From IMG/VR virus record IMGVR_UViG_2124908013_000169: a stretch of 64,000 nt of DNA, one strand, 5' to 3'. The stretch comes from a virus. Made by a program: the position numbers and the translations under genes. Position 1 is the first letter of the stretch. Every line of letters starts with the position of its first letter. The notes below the pieces were generated by a model that was given only the letters and a program-made list of their open reading frames with translations, was not told where the DNA came from and made no database searches. Below, piece after piece: positions 8,141 through 18,276 of the stretch.

Positions 8141-11100
8141 TTATTTCTCCTTTAAATATAAATACTGTTCAGGCATATCGTCAATCATGATGTCAACATC
8201 GCCAACTTTTTGAATTGCTTTAATTGCTTCCACTGCCAGATTGTCATAATATGACATGTCGATATCTGACTTATCTACTAGTTCTGAATCCAGTTTCCAC
8301 TTGTACCCTTTTGTTCCGGTCACAGCATCAAGCTTGTCCTTCTTAGGGTCTTTCTTCACGAGAGCGTCGCCAGTCTTAGACGCATAGAAACGTCCAGTCT
8401 TACCAACAAACTCATCACCTAAATACATTGGTACTTTAGAATTCTTGGTTGTCATGAAATCAGTCAACTCGAGATTGTCCTTTGTAAATAAGGTCTTCAA
8501 TACATAAGGCTCCTTGAACTGAGCTCCAGTTGCTTCCCATACAGGTTCGCCATCTTCATAGTACTCACCGATGTTAACTGCTTTGTTAACTAATGCAAAT
8601 CGGTCGTACGTATGCTCATGTTCAAAGTCATAGTCATAACGCTTACCAAACTCTGTAACGAATTCAATGTCTTCCGCTGTTGCATTCGGAATCTTGATAG
8701 AGTCGGTCTTGATATGCGCTACTGTTAATCCGCGTTCTTGACATGCGTGTTTCAAATCAATCATAAATAACGCTCCACGTTTCGCAACGATGTTATCCAC
8801 GTTATCAGGGTGACGGAACTTGTTGTCAAATTTCGCAGACGTCATACCGTACACGATGTTGATTACAATCTTCAACGCATACGATAACGCTTTAGCAGAT
8901 AACTCGCCCTTCTCAATCATGTCAGCATACGGAGCTAGCTTACCATCAAATATGGTTCTTAGTTTGTCTAAATCTCCGTGCTTGATTAAGATACGGGCTT
9001 CACGAATATCCGCATAGTTCTGAGTGTATGGACCAAAGTAGTTCATAGCAATCAGACTTGTTGGGTGCATTGACGCAACGTCCAACACAGCTACATCAGT
9101 GTATACTCCTGGTTCAGAATATACGTAACCACCTTCGGACGGGTCTTCACCACGGTATTCAGATTTACCCCATTCGAACTTGTATCCTGGGAACATTCGC
9201 GATAGGTCAGTATAAATGAAGCGGTCTTGTGGTCTGTTCGCGCCTTCAAATATAATCTCTGCCGCATGGTTTTGAGTCTTAGTGTTAATAGATAATCCTG
9301 ATAACGATGCTAAGATTTTACGAGCGTTGTAGTCTTCGGCTAACTTATCAAATAACGCTTCGGTAGCACGTACGTCATTACCGCAGTACTCCGCACATCG
9401 TTCCCATAGATTTTCTGGTAACGGTTCGTCCCAAGGATATTCAAACTCATCGTGTGGTAATCCTAATTCAATTTCCCAATATTTAAGCGAATGTTTCTCA
9501 GAGGCCATCTCATATATATCCAAATATGATAGTTCATAAGCTCCTTTGTGGAACCCTTTACCTCCATTGTTGTTAACAATCGCTTGAGAACGTTGGTAAA
9601 TATCCATAGTGCTTTGTCCAAGCAACGCAGAATATACCATGTGGTTGTCATAACGCAAGTTGTTGAAACCTACAAGATAACGACCTTGCAACCAGTTCTC
9701 AACTTCTTGTGGCGTTGGATTACACATAGTGTGAATTTCGTCAACACCATAGTCTTTCCAACAAATCATAAATAAGTTCTTAAATACCTCAACGTCGAAG
9801 AATGTTAACTTCTCATTGGGTACTGCTTGTCCTGAGTGTAGTACTTCAACCATTTCAGGCGTGTCGTCTTCAATCGTAGAATATACAATCTCTTGGATTG
9901 CTTGCAGACAGCGCTTAGCTTGGTTGGTACTTGACGATGCGAATAAGGAAATATCGCTCTCCATGTCTGACAAGTCATACTTAACACCTGACTGATAAGC
10001 CTGGTTAAATATCTGAACAATTAAGTTCACGCTTTGCGACGTGGACGCATGATATTCCTTACGCAGGGCACGTTCAATAGTTGCACGCATGGTACGTTCC
10101 GTATGAACAAACCCTTGTACGTTTTCCAGCATTTTACGGTTCTCCTCCTTTCTAGGTAAGCCTGAAGAAATATGAGCAATCTTACGTACTCCATTACTTC
10201 TTGAGAATTGTCTACGCAATGAACTCTTACCCTTGTATACTTTAACTTCAATGTCAGCATCGTAGATAGCGCTTAGTTCGTCGACATCTCCATCATAAAT
10301 ATAGTGTAAGTGGATACCTGCTCCTGACTTACTTAACTCCCCATAGGTTTCAGGGAATTTGGATGCAGCTTCCAAGTTCTTTGCTAAAGACTTCTTACCA
10401 TCTTCTTTGAGGTCGAAGTCGATTACAATATGGTTAACATCGTTCATACGTACGAAGTGTAGTTGATGTGTATCAACATCCTTCAACTTAGTTTCAACGT
10501 TGTCCCATTTGTATTTCGGAAAACCATCAGCATTCGCTAACTGTGCTGGGCAGTCAGCAAGGACCTCATCAAGATATGACTCAGTAGAAACATAACTACC
10601 GAGTGTTTCCTCAACGACTTCCTCTTTAATCGGGTCAAATAGTTCAGTCTTCAACCCTACGAATACGCGGGATAACCTATCGGCTCCAACACGTAAACGT
10701 TCGTGATACTCTTTGTAATATCTCGTCAACTCATTCTTAACCTTCTGTTTGTATCCAGCTGTGTTAAATCCTAAGTCGTCTAAATATACTTTATACAGTT
10801 CACTAGCTCTAGCTAACGTAACCATATCACCCATCTTGTCGTAGTTCTCTTGAACAAATCCATAGAATAAATCTGTGGCTGCAAGCATGTGGTTGTCTTG
10901 GTATTCTTCATAGTAACCAGGACCCATCTCTTCGAACATTTGCATTGCTTTGTGTGCAATACCGGCAAGCTCAAAGCTAATACCGTGCATTAGACGGTTG
11001 TATTCCTTTAGCGGAACACGGTTGTTAGTTGGTTCAACAGTTACAGCACGTCTTACGATACCCGCATCAACGTTACGTACTTTGTATCGTTGGTTAGATG

Positions 11101-11926
11101 CAGCAATCAGTAAACCATTGAACGTCACAGGATATGGTTTCGTGTATTTCTTGTTAACCATAACGACTTCATGTCCGGTTAACTTAAGTAAGTCCAAATC
11201 ATTTTTGATATTAGATAAATCAGTATCATAATCTATCAGGACTGGAATCTCCTTAACTTGACTAGTGTTGAACTCACTTTGTGAAGTTAAGTTACTAAGG
11301 TCCATCGAGCTATAGTAACCCTCAAATAACTGTTCAAGGATTTTCAAGACCGTACCTTTACCAGTACCTTTCGCACCATACAAGAACATAAACTTCTGAA
11401 TATACTTCATATTGTTCGTTAGGACGGCACCGACAAACCACATGATTTTCCGTAGCTCATTAGGAGCATAGAGAATATCCATCATCTTGTCGAAGTTAGG
11501 TGTAGGTATGTCTTTAGGAGTATACGGTAACTTGTTAGTCGCATAATCCTCCCTTTGTATTTCATGGTCCGCAAATAAGATTGTCTGGTTAAACGCCTGT
11601 CTAGAATCCGGCATCAACTTGGTATACTCAACCCAGCGTTTCATGACTCCGCTAGATTGTCTGTTCATATACCGAGCTTTGACAATCGCATCTGGTTTTT
11701 CGTCTTTAATCCTTGTGTACTCATCTTTAATCGTTCTATCGATGCGTAGAATTAAATCGTTCATATTATCAGACCATGCTGTGCCATCCCAGAACGCATA
11801 CATCGCTCCACCTTTGCAGGCTAAGTCCTGTACATTGTAATATAGAAATTCTGGATACAGAATGGTTACCGGCTGACGAGACCCTACGATTTCCTTATCG
11901 ATTGTAAAGAAATCTACTTTGTCCAA
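8141..11926 (-). CDS. Fused SF3 helicase / AEP primase-polymerase / 3'-5' exonuclease / family B DNA polymerase
   Basis: GAKGTGKGT Walker A; VIDFD and SKSGAGIHLHY (AEP); FFDVE, GFNNLRYD, YCGND (Exo I-III); DVASMHP, KIVINIVYG, KTDS (PolB A-C); TTG start after GGAGG. Confidence 0.88.
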   Translation of the reverse strand: MDKVDFFTIDKEIVGSRQPVTILYPEFLYYNVQDLACKGGAMYAFWDGTAWSDNMNDLILRIDRTIKDEYTRIKDEKPDAIVKARYMNRQSSGVMKRWVEYTKLMPDSRQAFNQTILFADHEIQREDYATNKLPYTPKDIPTPNFDKMMDILYAPNELRKIMWFVGAVLTNNMKYIQKFMFLYGAKGTGKGTVLKILEQLFEGYYSSMDLSNLTSQSEFNTSQVKEIPVLIDYDTDLSNIKNDLDLLKLTGHEVVMVNKKYTKPYPVTFNGLLIAASNQRYKVRNVDAGIVRRAVTVEPTNNRVPLKEYNRLMHGISFELAGIAHKAMQMFEEMGPGYYEEYQDNHMLAATDLFYGFVQENYDKMGDMVTLARASELYKVYLDDLGFNTAGYKQKVKNELTRYYKEYHERLRVGADRLSRVFVGLKTELFDPIKEEVVEETLGSYVSTESYLDEVLADCPAQLANADGFPKYKWDNVETKLKDVDTHQLHFVRMNDVNHIVIDFDLKEDGKKSLAKNLEAASKFPETYGELSKSGAGIHLHYIYDGDVDELSAIYDADIEVKVYKGKSSLRRQFSRSNGVRKIAHISSGLPRKEENRKMLENVQGFVHTERTMRATIERALRKEYHASTSQSVNLIVQIFNQAYQSGVKYDLSDMESDISLFASSSTNQAKRCLQAIQEIVYSTIEDDTPEMVEVLHSGQAVPNEKLTFFDVEVFKNLFMICWKDYGVDEIHTMCNPTPQEVENWLQGRYLVGFNNLRYDNHMVYSALLGQSTMDIYQRSQAIVNNNGGKGFHKGAYELSYLDIYEMASEKHSLKYWEIELGLPHDEFEYPWDEPLPENLWERCAEYCGNDVRATEALFDKLAEDYNARKILASLSGLSINTKTQNHAAEIIFEGANRPQDRFIYTDLSRMFPGYKFEWGKSEYRGEDPSEGGYVYSEPGVYTDVAVLDVASMHPTSLIAMNYFGPYTQNYADIREARILIKHGDLDKLRTIFDGKLAPYADMIEKGELSAKALSYALKIVINIVYGMTSAKFDNKFRHPDNVDNIVAKRGALFMIDLKHACQERGLTVAHIKTDSIKIPNATAEDIEFVTEFGKRYDYDFEHEHTYDRFALVNKAVNIGEYYEDGEPVWEATGAQFKEPYVLKTLFTKDNLELTDFMTTKNSKVPMYLGDEFVGKTGRFYASKTGDALVKKDPKKDKLDAVTGTKGYKWKLDSELVDKSDIDMSYYDNLAVEAIKAIQKVGDVDIMIDDMPEQYLYLKEK

Positions 11927-11955
11927 ATATATCGCCTCCAGCCATAAAATAATAG

Positions 11956-12255
11956 TTTGTCCACGTTGTCCACGATTTTTTCGGAAAACTATTCTTTGTA
12001 TATTAATTACATTTTACATCAATTCTAACAAACAATGTCAAAAATTGTAAAAAAACGTGGACAAAGGGTGTTTGACCCCTCAGAAACCGCGTCAAATCAA
12101 CGTTTTTGCTGTCCACGTTTTTGTCCACGTTTTTTGATTTTTGCGATTTGTCCACGATTTTTTCAAAAATTTTACAATCTATTTAAAAATATTTTTAACT
12201 TTGTCCACGATTTTTGTGGACAAAATAAAAAACGTGGACAAAAACGTGGACAAAA
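11956..12255. repeat. Iteron cluster (10 copies of a TTGTCCACG-like 9-mer, both orientations) in AT-rich DNA; candidate replication origin
   Basis: Copies at 11957, 11966, 12056(r), 12109, 12121, 12148, 12201, 12215(r), 12233(r), 12245(r), directly upstream of the replicase. Confidence 0.8.
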
Positions 12256-12266
12256 TTTAGCCAATT

Positions 12267-13223
12267 TTAGGCCTCAAAATCCTCTTCATTTTGCTCCATT
12301 CGGGCGATTTCTTCCATTTTTACACCTACATAAGTGTTCGATTCCTTCAAATATGAGTCGATTGTAGGGTCAACTTCGTTGTCATCTAACCCAAATAAGC
12401 CAAATCCATACTCTCCATCGAAGTCATGTTTGTTCAAAGCGATACAAATAAGGCTAATTTCCTCATGGTCATCCATGTTAATCAGTCTAATTTTACCGTC
12501 ATCATGTACTTCTGAGAAGCAATTGAAGAGAATATCTTGCATTACATCGTCTACGCTAATATCCAAATCAGCCGCAAGTAACTCTGAATAATGGATAATT
12601 AACTCCGCCATACTTACGTGTTCAGGCTTAGTCCACTCGCATTCGCCCCCGAAGAAGTCCACACGATACTCACGAAGTGTCTCATGTAAGTTCGCATCAT
12701 GATAATCTGCCTTCTCATCTACGATAAACGCATAGTCAAATAACCGCCAAATAACACGTCGTGCATACGTCTCAACATTACGCATACGATGCTCTTTATA
12801 AAGATGCAAAGCATCCTCTGAATTCTTATCTACTCTCATGGGTAACTTCGCATCCTCCTCTCCCATCTCATTTAACTCTGCTTCAACCTGGTCTTCCTCC
12901 GCAAGTTCCTCTGGACTTTTCTGCGTTAAAGCCTCGTTGATACGTGAGATGCTAGCCCCTTTGTAGTTCTTATGATACGCCTTTGGTTCATGCTCAGGTC
13001 CGTGTGGGTCCTTTAGAATAACCGGCGAATCAGGGTCTTCACTAAGTTCTAAATCTTCTTTGAAGTTAACTGGTGTGAAATCCTCAGTTACTTCTGGTTC
13101 TTTTTCAAGTTCGGTCTTTACCGTTTTATAAGCATCGTATAACATCATACAACCTTTAACGGCAAAGCCAACCGCAGTACCTGCTAAGGCACCACGGAGG
13201 ATTGCTTTACCTATCAAACTCAT
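12267..13223 (-). CDS. Acidic hypothetical protein with N-terminal hydrophobic helix
   Basis: 318-aa ORF with AAGGAG RBS. Confidence 0.8.
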   Translation of the reverse strand: MSLIGKAILRGALAGTAVGFAVKGCMMLYDAYKTVKTELEKEPEVTEDFTPVNFKEDLELSEDPDSPVILKDPHGPEHEPKAYHKNYKGASISRINEALTQKSPEELAEEDQVEAELNEMGEEDAKLPMRVDKNSEDALHLYKEHRMRNVETYARRVIWRLFDYAFIVDEKADYHDANLHETLREYRVDFFGGECEWTKPEHVSMAELIIHYSELLAADLDISVDDVMQDILFNCFSEVHDDGKIRLINMDDHEEISLICIALNKHDFDGEYGFGLFGLDDNEVDPTIDSYLKESNTYVGVKMEEIARMEQNEEDFEA

Positions 13224-13243
13224 AAATATACACTCCTTAATTA

Positions 13244-14088
13244 TTATGCGTATAACCCACCTGGTAATTTAACTTTGTCGTAAATTGGTTTTGGTGCTGG
13301 CCAAGAAATATATCTAGATTGGTAAACTCCTTCTGGGTCTTCAACGTCTACGATATGTTCATATAAATCAAATCCGTCAGTCATTGTCCAACCCATTGAG
13401 TTACCATCTTTAACTCTAGGAGCTCTAAACGCGTCACGCACTTGGTTTAAAAGAAGTGTACCGTCACGCCCTAAAATATCATCACATGTTCGTCTTGCGT
13501 CAGCCACAAGTGACCCATTGTACGACGCATCATCACGGGCGAATTCTTCAGACTCTTCAAGCCAGAACCCATGTAAGTTAAACTTGTCTACTTTTTGTAC
13601 AGTTTCAAGCTCTTGAACAACACGCTCTTGTGTAGTAGTGTAATACGCACGTTCTTTCTCTTCACCAACATCCTCACGTACGACTTCACGATATTTGTCA
13701 TACTCAAGTTTAAGTAGAGAATATGCACTAGCTAACACTTTGAAACGACGGCTAGAAATACCCCAAGATAAGGCGAAGCATCCTAATGAAGCTAAACCTA
13801 AAGCTACTACTGGTGCTACGATTTTAATAGAACCTACAACATACGCTACTTTGTTTTGTTTTAAATCTGCATCTACTTCTGCTGGGTTGTGTCCTTCTTG
13901 ATGTGTAAGGATAGTCTGTTCAGTTTCTGTGTACTTCGCTGACAACTCATCCATTTGACGTGTTGCTTTAACAGTTAAGGCGATAGTACCTACAGTACCT
14001 GCGGCTCCAGCTACAGCTAAATATGTGTGTCCATGCTTAGCAAAGTGCGTTCCAATCTTACTTCCAATTTGTACAATTTTTTCAAACA
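13244..14088 (-). CDS. Hypothetical membrane-associated phage protein; probable start MFEKIV
   Basis: Two hydrophobic segments; GGAGG RBS before the ATG at 14088. Confidence 0.75.
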
Positions 14089-14384
14089 TTATAATATACC
14101 TCCGTATTGTTTTTAACTGCTGCGTGATACTTATCAATATCCGCAATTTCTTCCGCTAATAAGAAGCGGTTATGTGTGATGTCCCAGACGCCACCACGGT
14201 CGAATACAAGCCGTATAAGCTCTCCTGAGCTACGGTCGATGTAATCTACACGGTGGTCCCAAAACGCTCTTAAATCGTCTGTAAACGCGTAAATATAGTC
14301 AATTAGACCCATACGGATATGGACCTCCGAATTGTCGACGATTTCGAAGTGTCCTTCCGTACGTTTAATCTTAAATTTACCCAT
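14082..14384 (-). CDS. Hypothetical protein
   Basis: 100-aa ORF with AGGAG RBS, tightly packed. Confidence 0.75.
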   Translation of the reverse strand: MGKFKIKRTEGHFEIVDNSEVHIRMGLIDYIYAFTDDLRAFWDHRVDYIDRSSGELIRLVFDRGGVWDITHNRFLLAEEIADIDKYHAAVKNNTEVYYNV

Positions 14385-14393
14385 AAGTAACTC

Positions 14394-14969
14394 CTATCTA
14401 CGCACTCTTTTTGTTGGTGGGAACTCGATTACCCAGCCTTGGTCAACCCTAACTGGTCTAGCTCCACCCAAACTTGTCCAACCGTATGAGTCATCATAAG
14501 ACCCTGTTGGGATACCAATCATTGAATAATAATCGGCAATTGTTGCTGCACCACGTTCAGACGTTGCGATAATATCTCTTAACTCATCGATGATATCATA
14601 AGCGTCTTGTTCCTCAATGATTGCATAATCTTTAGGACGACGACCTGTGCCTGATGCGACAGATACGTTGGAATATCTAGAGCCGCTGCGTTCACTACGG
14701 TAACTTCTACCATAGTCGTAAAATCCACCAGAGCGTTGGCGTTCACTAGGAGTACCTCCGTCTCGGTAGAATACACTATTTACTGCTCCATGCAAAGCAT
14801 CGGCAGCTAAGTTCTTAAGACCGGGAAGTATGATACTCTTCATCGCACTTCCCATAGTGTCTTTCAATCCGCCAGGTCCAATCACACGATATACCATGCG
14901 CTCCAATAGCGGTTTTTTAACAGGTTGTTGTTCGACTAACTCAACCACGATTTTTTCTTTTTCAGTCAT
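14394..14969 (-). CDS. Hypothetical protein
   Basis: 191-aa ORF with GGAGG RBS. Confidence 0.8.
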   Translation of the reverse strand: MTEKEKIVVELVEQQPVKKPLLERMVYRVIGPGGLKDTMGSAMKSIILPGLKNLAADALHGAVNSVFYRDGGTPSERQRSGGFYDYGRSYRSERSGSRYSNVSVASGTGRRPKDYAIIEEQDAYDIIDELRDIIATSERGAATIADYYSMIGIPTGSYDDSYGWTSLGGARPVRVDQGWVIEFPPTKRVRR

Positions 14970-14981
14970 ACTATGACCTCC

Positions 14982-15224
14982 TTATTTCTTATTGATAATG
15001 ATATTAATATTATCTACTATAGGTCCTGCATATTTTGCGACCTTTTTACTACACCCCACTGCTAGAAATGCCACTACGTTCTCAAAATCGACGTATATCG
15101 CATCTTCGCCCATGAAGTTAACATATACCCCAGTCGCACCAATAGAGCCTAATTTGAGCCCGTATGACTGTTTTATGAAGTACTGTAAATTCTTTAACAC
15201 TTTCATTCTATCCATATAACACAC
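14982..15224 (-). CDS. Hypothetical protein (start uncertain)
   Basis: Fills the operon gap. Confidence 0.6.
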   Translation of the reverse strand: MCYMDRMKVLKNLQYFIKQSYGLKLGSIGATGVYVNFMGEDAIYVDFENVVAFLAVGCSKKVAKYAGPIVDNINIIINKK

Positions 15225-15225
15225 C

Positions 15226-15657
15226 TTATTCTATAACTTTTTCTGCCAAATCTGGGAATGTCGGTATAGCAATAATCTCCTTATCAAGAGCTCTATACTC
15301 ACCCCAGAAAGAATTGTCTTTAATATCCCACATTTTAGTTTTTGTAATTAATCGTGATAGTGGGTATTTAAAAGTCGCAACTTCTTTATTGGTTTTATTG
15401 TAACGAATTCTTTCAACCACCATAAGTCTTGAGTTGTGTTTTTGTAACATTAGTATTCTATGAACGTCGTCTTTGTCATCACCGGTTCTTTTGAACAATA
15501 AGTAATTAGGTATCAAAAGTCCAGGTAATATTGTAACGTCATCTCCAAAGTAGAATATGCTTCTGTCATTTAATCTAATAAATAATCTTTTTGTAAACTC
15601 AGTTTTATTAACTCCAACAATATATAACTCTGTATCTAATTCATTCATTTTATTCAT
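15226..15657 (-). CDS. Hypothetical protein (possible member of paralog family A)
   Basis: RLFIRLNDRSIFYFGDDV resembles segments of neighbouring ORFs. Confidence 0.7.
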   Translation of the reverse strand: MNKMNELDTELYIVGVNKTEFTKRLFIRLNDRSIFYFGDDVTILPGLLIPNYLLFKRTGDDKDDVHRILMLQKHNSRLMVVERIRYNKTNKEVATFKYPLSRLITKTKMWDIKDNSFWGEYRALDKEIIAIPTFPDLAEKVIE

Positions 15658-17128
15658 CCTCTTCTAAAAAATCTAAATACTTTTTCGCTTTCTTCAAATC
15701 TTCATCACCGTTCTTGTGTCCTTCACGGATTGTGTATTTTAACACATTACCCTTGCAGAAACCACGGAACTCATCTTCAGTTAACGCCCCACGAATAACA
15801 TCAATCGCTTCGATATCTAACCCACGTAGCTTGTAGTGGTTTGGCGAGTCCACGTTGTCGCTAACTAGTTTTTCATTTAAGTGCGCCTTTAGTACATCAT
15901 GGTTCAACTTTGCTTTCATTTCATCTACATATATTTGCCATGAGTATCTTTCCGCGTCACGCAGCTCATCTAATACTGGTTGTACCATTTCACGAAGTGT
16001 TTGGGGTTTGTTATCCGTAGATTCTCTAGTGACTGCGTCCTCAAACCCATGTTCCTTACGAATTTCGTTTAAGGTTTTCTTTTTATCATCTTTAACTCTC
16101 ATAGCATCGCGTAAGTTCTTATCGAATTTCTTAAGGGTTTCTTCATCACACCATTTAAAATCCTTCATATTTTCCTCAAAACGTTCAGATGGAGTTTTGA
16201 TTCCAAGAATATCTTTACGAATTTTGTTCCACCATTTACGACCGCTTCCTTTAGGTGTTAATGCACCCTCAATACCATCATCGAAGATATTAATATAGTC
16301 TACGTGGAATTCTACAGTTTCTTCCTTCTCAGGTTCACCCCAATCGTCATTACTAGATAAATATGGACGATTTTCTGCGTATAAAGTGACTTCAAATACA
16401 TCACGGTTTAATTCAGATAGAAATAAGTCGTGGAGCAGTTTCCAGCTATGATATTTTTGGATTCCAATTACTTGTCTTTCAAGTTCTTCTTTATTGAATG
16501 CATAAATATGGTTTAACTCACCGTCATCCTCAAGTTCAAACATATCTAATGTTCTCTCTTTTTTATTTGGAAAGATAACTTTAGTGTCGTAGCCAAGATT
16601 GTTTACTACCGCAATACCACCGTCTCGTTCATACACACATGCCACTTCTGGCGCAATAGGGTACCACTTATTACCTGAGACATTAATGAACAGGATACCA
16701 TCGTAAACGGTAGTGTTAAGCATTCTGTAAGCTTCAGGTATTGAAAAGATATCGTCACCAGGGAACCCTAATTTAGTTTTAGTTACGGCATTCAGCATCA
16801 TAGCGATGTCTTTAGCTTGTATACATACATCATTTTTGTCGTTGTAGTGTTTAGAATATGTTCGTTCAATCATTCGGTCGTATGAGATTTTACCCTCTTT
16901 TTTATAATTCTTATATACACTTACAACACGGTTGTCAAGAATACGCACTGAGAATTTATCTCTACCTCGTTTAAGACCTAAGTCGGTATTCTCGCATGCA
17001 AGGAACCAATCCTCAACATCGTCAAATATCATCACCCATTGTTGTCCGTTCATACAAGCGTATAGGTCTCCACAAATAAGGCGTAAGTTGTCTCGGTCCC
17101 ATTTCTTTTCTTCAAATAAGTTTTTCAT
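15650..17128 (-). CDS. Multidomain protein: two family-A-like repeats plus a C-terminal DUF3310-like domain
   Basis: C-terminal VDSPNHY...EAIDVI...FCKGNVLKY..R...KNG.EDLKKA..YL. Confidence 0.75.
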   Translation of the reverse strand: MKNLFEEKKWDRDNLRLICGDLYACMNGQQWVMIFDDVEDWFLACENTDLGLKRGRDKFSVRILDNRVVSVYKNYKKEGKISYDRMIERTYSKHYNDKNDVCIQAKDIAMMLNAVTKTKLGFPGDDIFSIPEAYRMLNTTVYDGILFINVSGNKWYPIAPEVACVYERDGGIAVVNNLGYDTKVIFPNKKERTLDMFELEDDGELNHIYAFNKEELERQVIGIQKYHSWKLLHDLFLSELNRDVFEVTLYAENRPYLSSNDDWGEPEKEETVEFHVDYINIFDDGIEGALTPKGSGRKWWNKIRKDILGIKTPSERFEENMKDFKWCDEETLKKFDKNLRDAMRVKDDKKKTLNEIRKEHGFEDAVTRESTDNKPQTLREMVQPVLDELRDAERYSWQIYVDEMKAKLNHDVLKAHLNEKLVSDNVDSPNHYKLRGLDIEAIDVIRGALTEDEFRGFCKGNVLKYTIREGHKNGDEDLKKAKKYLDFLEEDE

Positions 17129-17514
17129 AGTAATCCTAACTCCTTTGCTCTTTCCATTGTAACAAATACTTGATTGTCTAATTCTTCTAAATACGCGATA
17201 TCGCTTTCTATAAATTCACGACGAAATTCTTTATCCATAGTTTCGTCGTTTTCGATAACTTGTTTAGCCGTGAGTCTATTCTCTTCCAATATGATATTGT
17301 TTGAGTCAACAACAATCCGTCTAAATACATAACAAGAACCGAACTCAATTGTTATGATGTGTTTATTAGCAAATATACTACTTTGTACAGTAGCTACGAA
17401 CATGCTCTCTACATACATAGTATTTGTCACACCACAAGCGATTAGATACCATTTACCATCAAGTTTAATGAATAACTTACGTCTAACTACACGTACTTGT
17501 TCTACGGTTACCAT
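17125..17514 (-). CDS. Hypothetical protein, paralog family A
   Basis: VRVVRRKLFIKLDGKWYLI. Confidence 0.75.
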   Translation of the reverse strand: MVTVEQVRVVRRKLFIKLDGKWYLIACGVTNTMYVESMFVATVQSSIFANKHIITIEFGSCYVFRRIVVDSNNIILEENRLTAKQVIENDETMDKEFRREFIESDIAYLEELDNQVFVTMERAKELGLL

Positions 17515-17903
17515 TAGATTTTTCCTCCAGTATCTTTAAGCCATTCTTCATGTGTCAAGTTTACAAATGCGATACCCGCATGAATATCTAGTGATTGCTC
17601 TTCCGCCCAAGTGCTGCGTCGGATAATATCACTAGCATCGAAACGGGATTGTGTGGTTACGTTTCTTGCCACGTCTTTAACATCTCGGTGACAAATAACG
17701 CCAGCGTCCATTGCGTACCCATTATATACCATCCAATGTGTTCTAAGGTTATCTGTACCTGAGACAATATCCCCAACGTCAATAACCCAGTATCCATCAC
17801 GGGTTTCAATTTTCTTCACCATACCCGTTAACAGATACCATGTATCACGAATATACACATACGCCTTATCATCTACTTGTCTAACATATTTAATTGTATC
17901 CAT
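17514..17903 (-). CDS. Hypothetical protein, paralog family A
   Basis: VRQVDDKAYVYIRDTWYLL; same length (129 aa) as its neighbour. Confidence 0.75.
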   Translation of the reverse strand: MDTIKYVRQVDDKAYVYIRDTWYLLTGMVKKIETRDGYWVIDVGDIVSGTDNLRTHWMVYNGYAMDAGVICHRDVKDVARNVTTQSRFDASDIIRRSTWAEEQSLDIHAGIAFVNLTHEEWLKDTGGKI

Positions 17904-18202
17904 TATTTAGCCTCCTTAAGTCCTCTTAAATGTTTTGTAAAATCACTGTGGTTTGTAGGTAATAACTCAATCACAACAACTGGTTTGCCATCTGTATTGG
18001 TTGTGACAGTGAAGTATTTTGCCTGTCTGCGCTCTCCTTCAAACCAAACGTTAAAGTCTGCGTTATCAATACCGTTTGTTACTTCTAAAAGTCTGACATC
18101 GGTATTACTGTCAAACTCGATAGACACCTGGTCATTCCCAGAGTCTAACGTCTGACTTAGACGGTAATCGTATTTGTCTAAGCCGAATGGGTATTCACTC
18201 AT
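17903..18202 (-). CDS. Hypothetical protein
   Basis: 99-aa ORF with GGAGGTG RBS. Confidence 0.75.
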   Translation of the reverse strand: MSEYPFGLDKYDYRLSQTLDSGNDQVSIEFDSNTDVRLLEVTNGIDNADFNVWFEGERRQAKYFTVTTNTDGKPVVVIELLPTNHSDFTKHLRGLKEAK

Positions 18203-18218
18203 GTTTTCACCTCCTCAG

Positions 18219-18276
18219 AAAAATAAGAAAGGTTCGATTTTATTCAAATCTAGAAACCACGAGGGTCTCTCCTTTC
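18219..18276 (-). other. Structured leader / small RNA candidate ending in a U-tract
   Basis: GAAAGG/CCTTTC outer stem encloses AGAGACC/GGTTTCT and GATTT/AAATC stems, followed by TTATTTTT. Confidence 0.5.

Noticed and set aside
9825..9850. VLHSG in the replicase primase-exonuclease linker as a protease site
   Set aside because: A single short match, expected by chance in 1261 aa; no reason for the replicase to meet the prohead protease
12035..12367. 110-aa plus-strand ORF with CPRF/KRGQ repeats
   Set aside because: Translation of the iteron DNA, not a plausible protein
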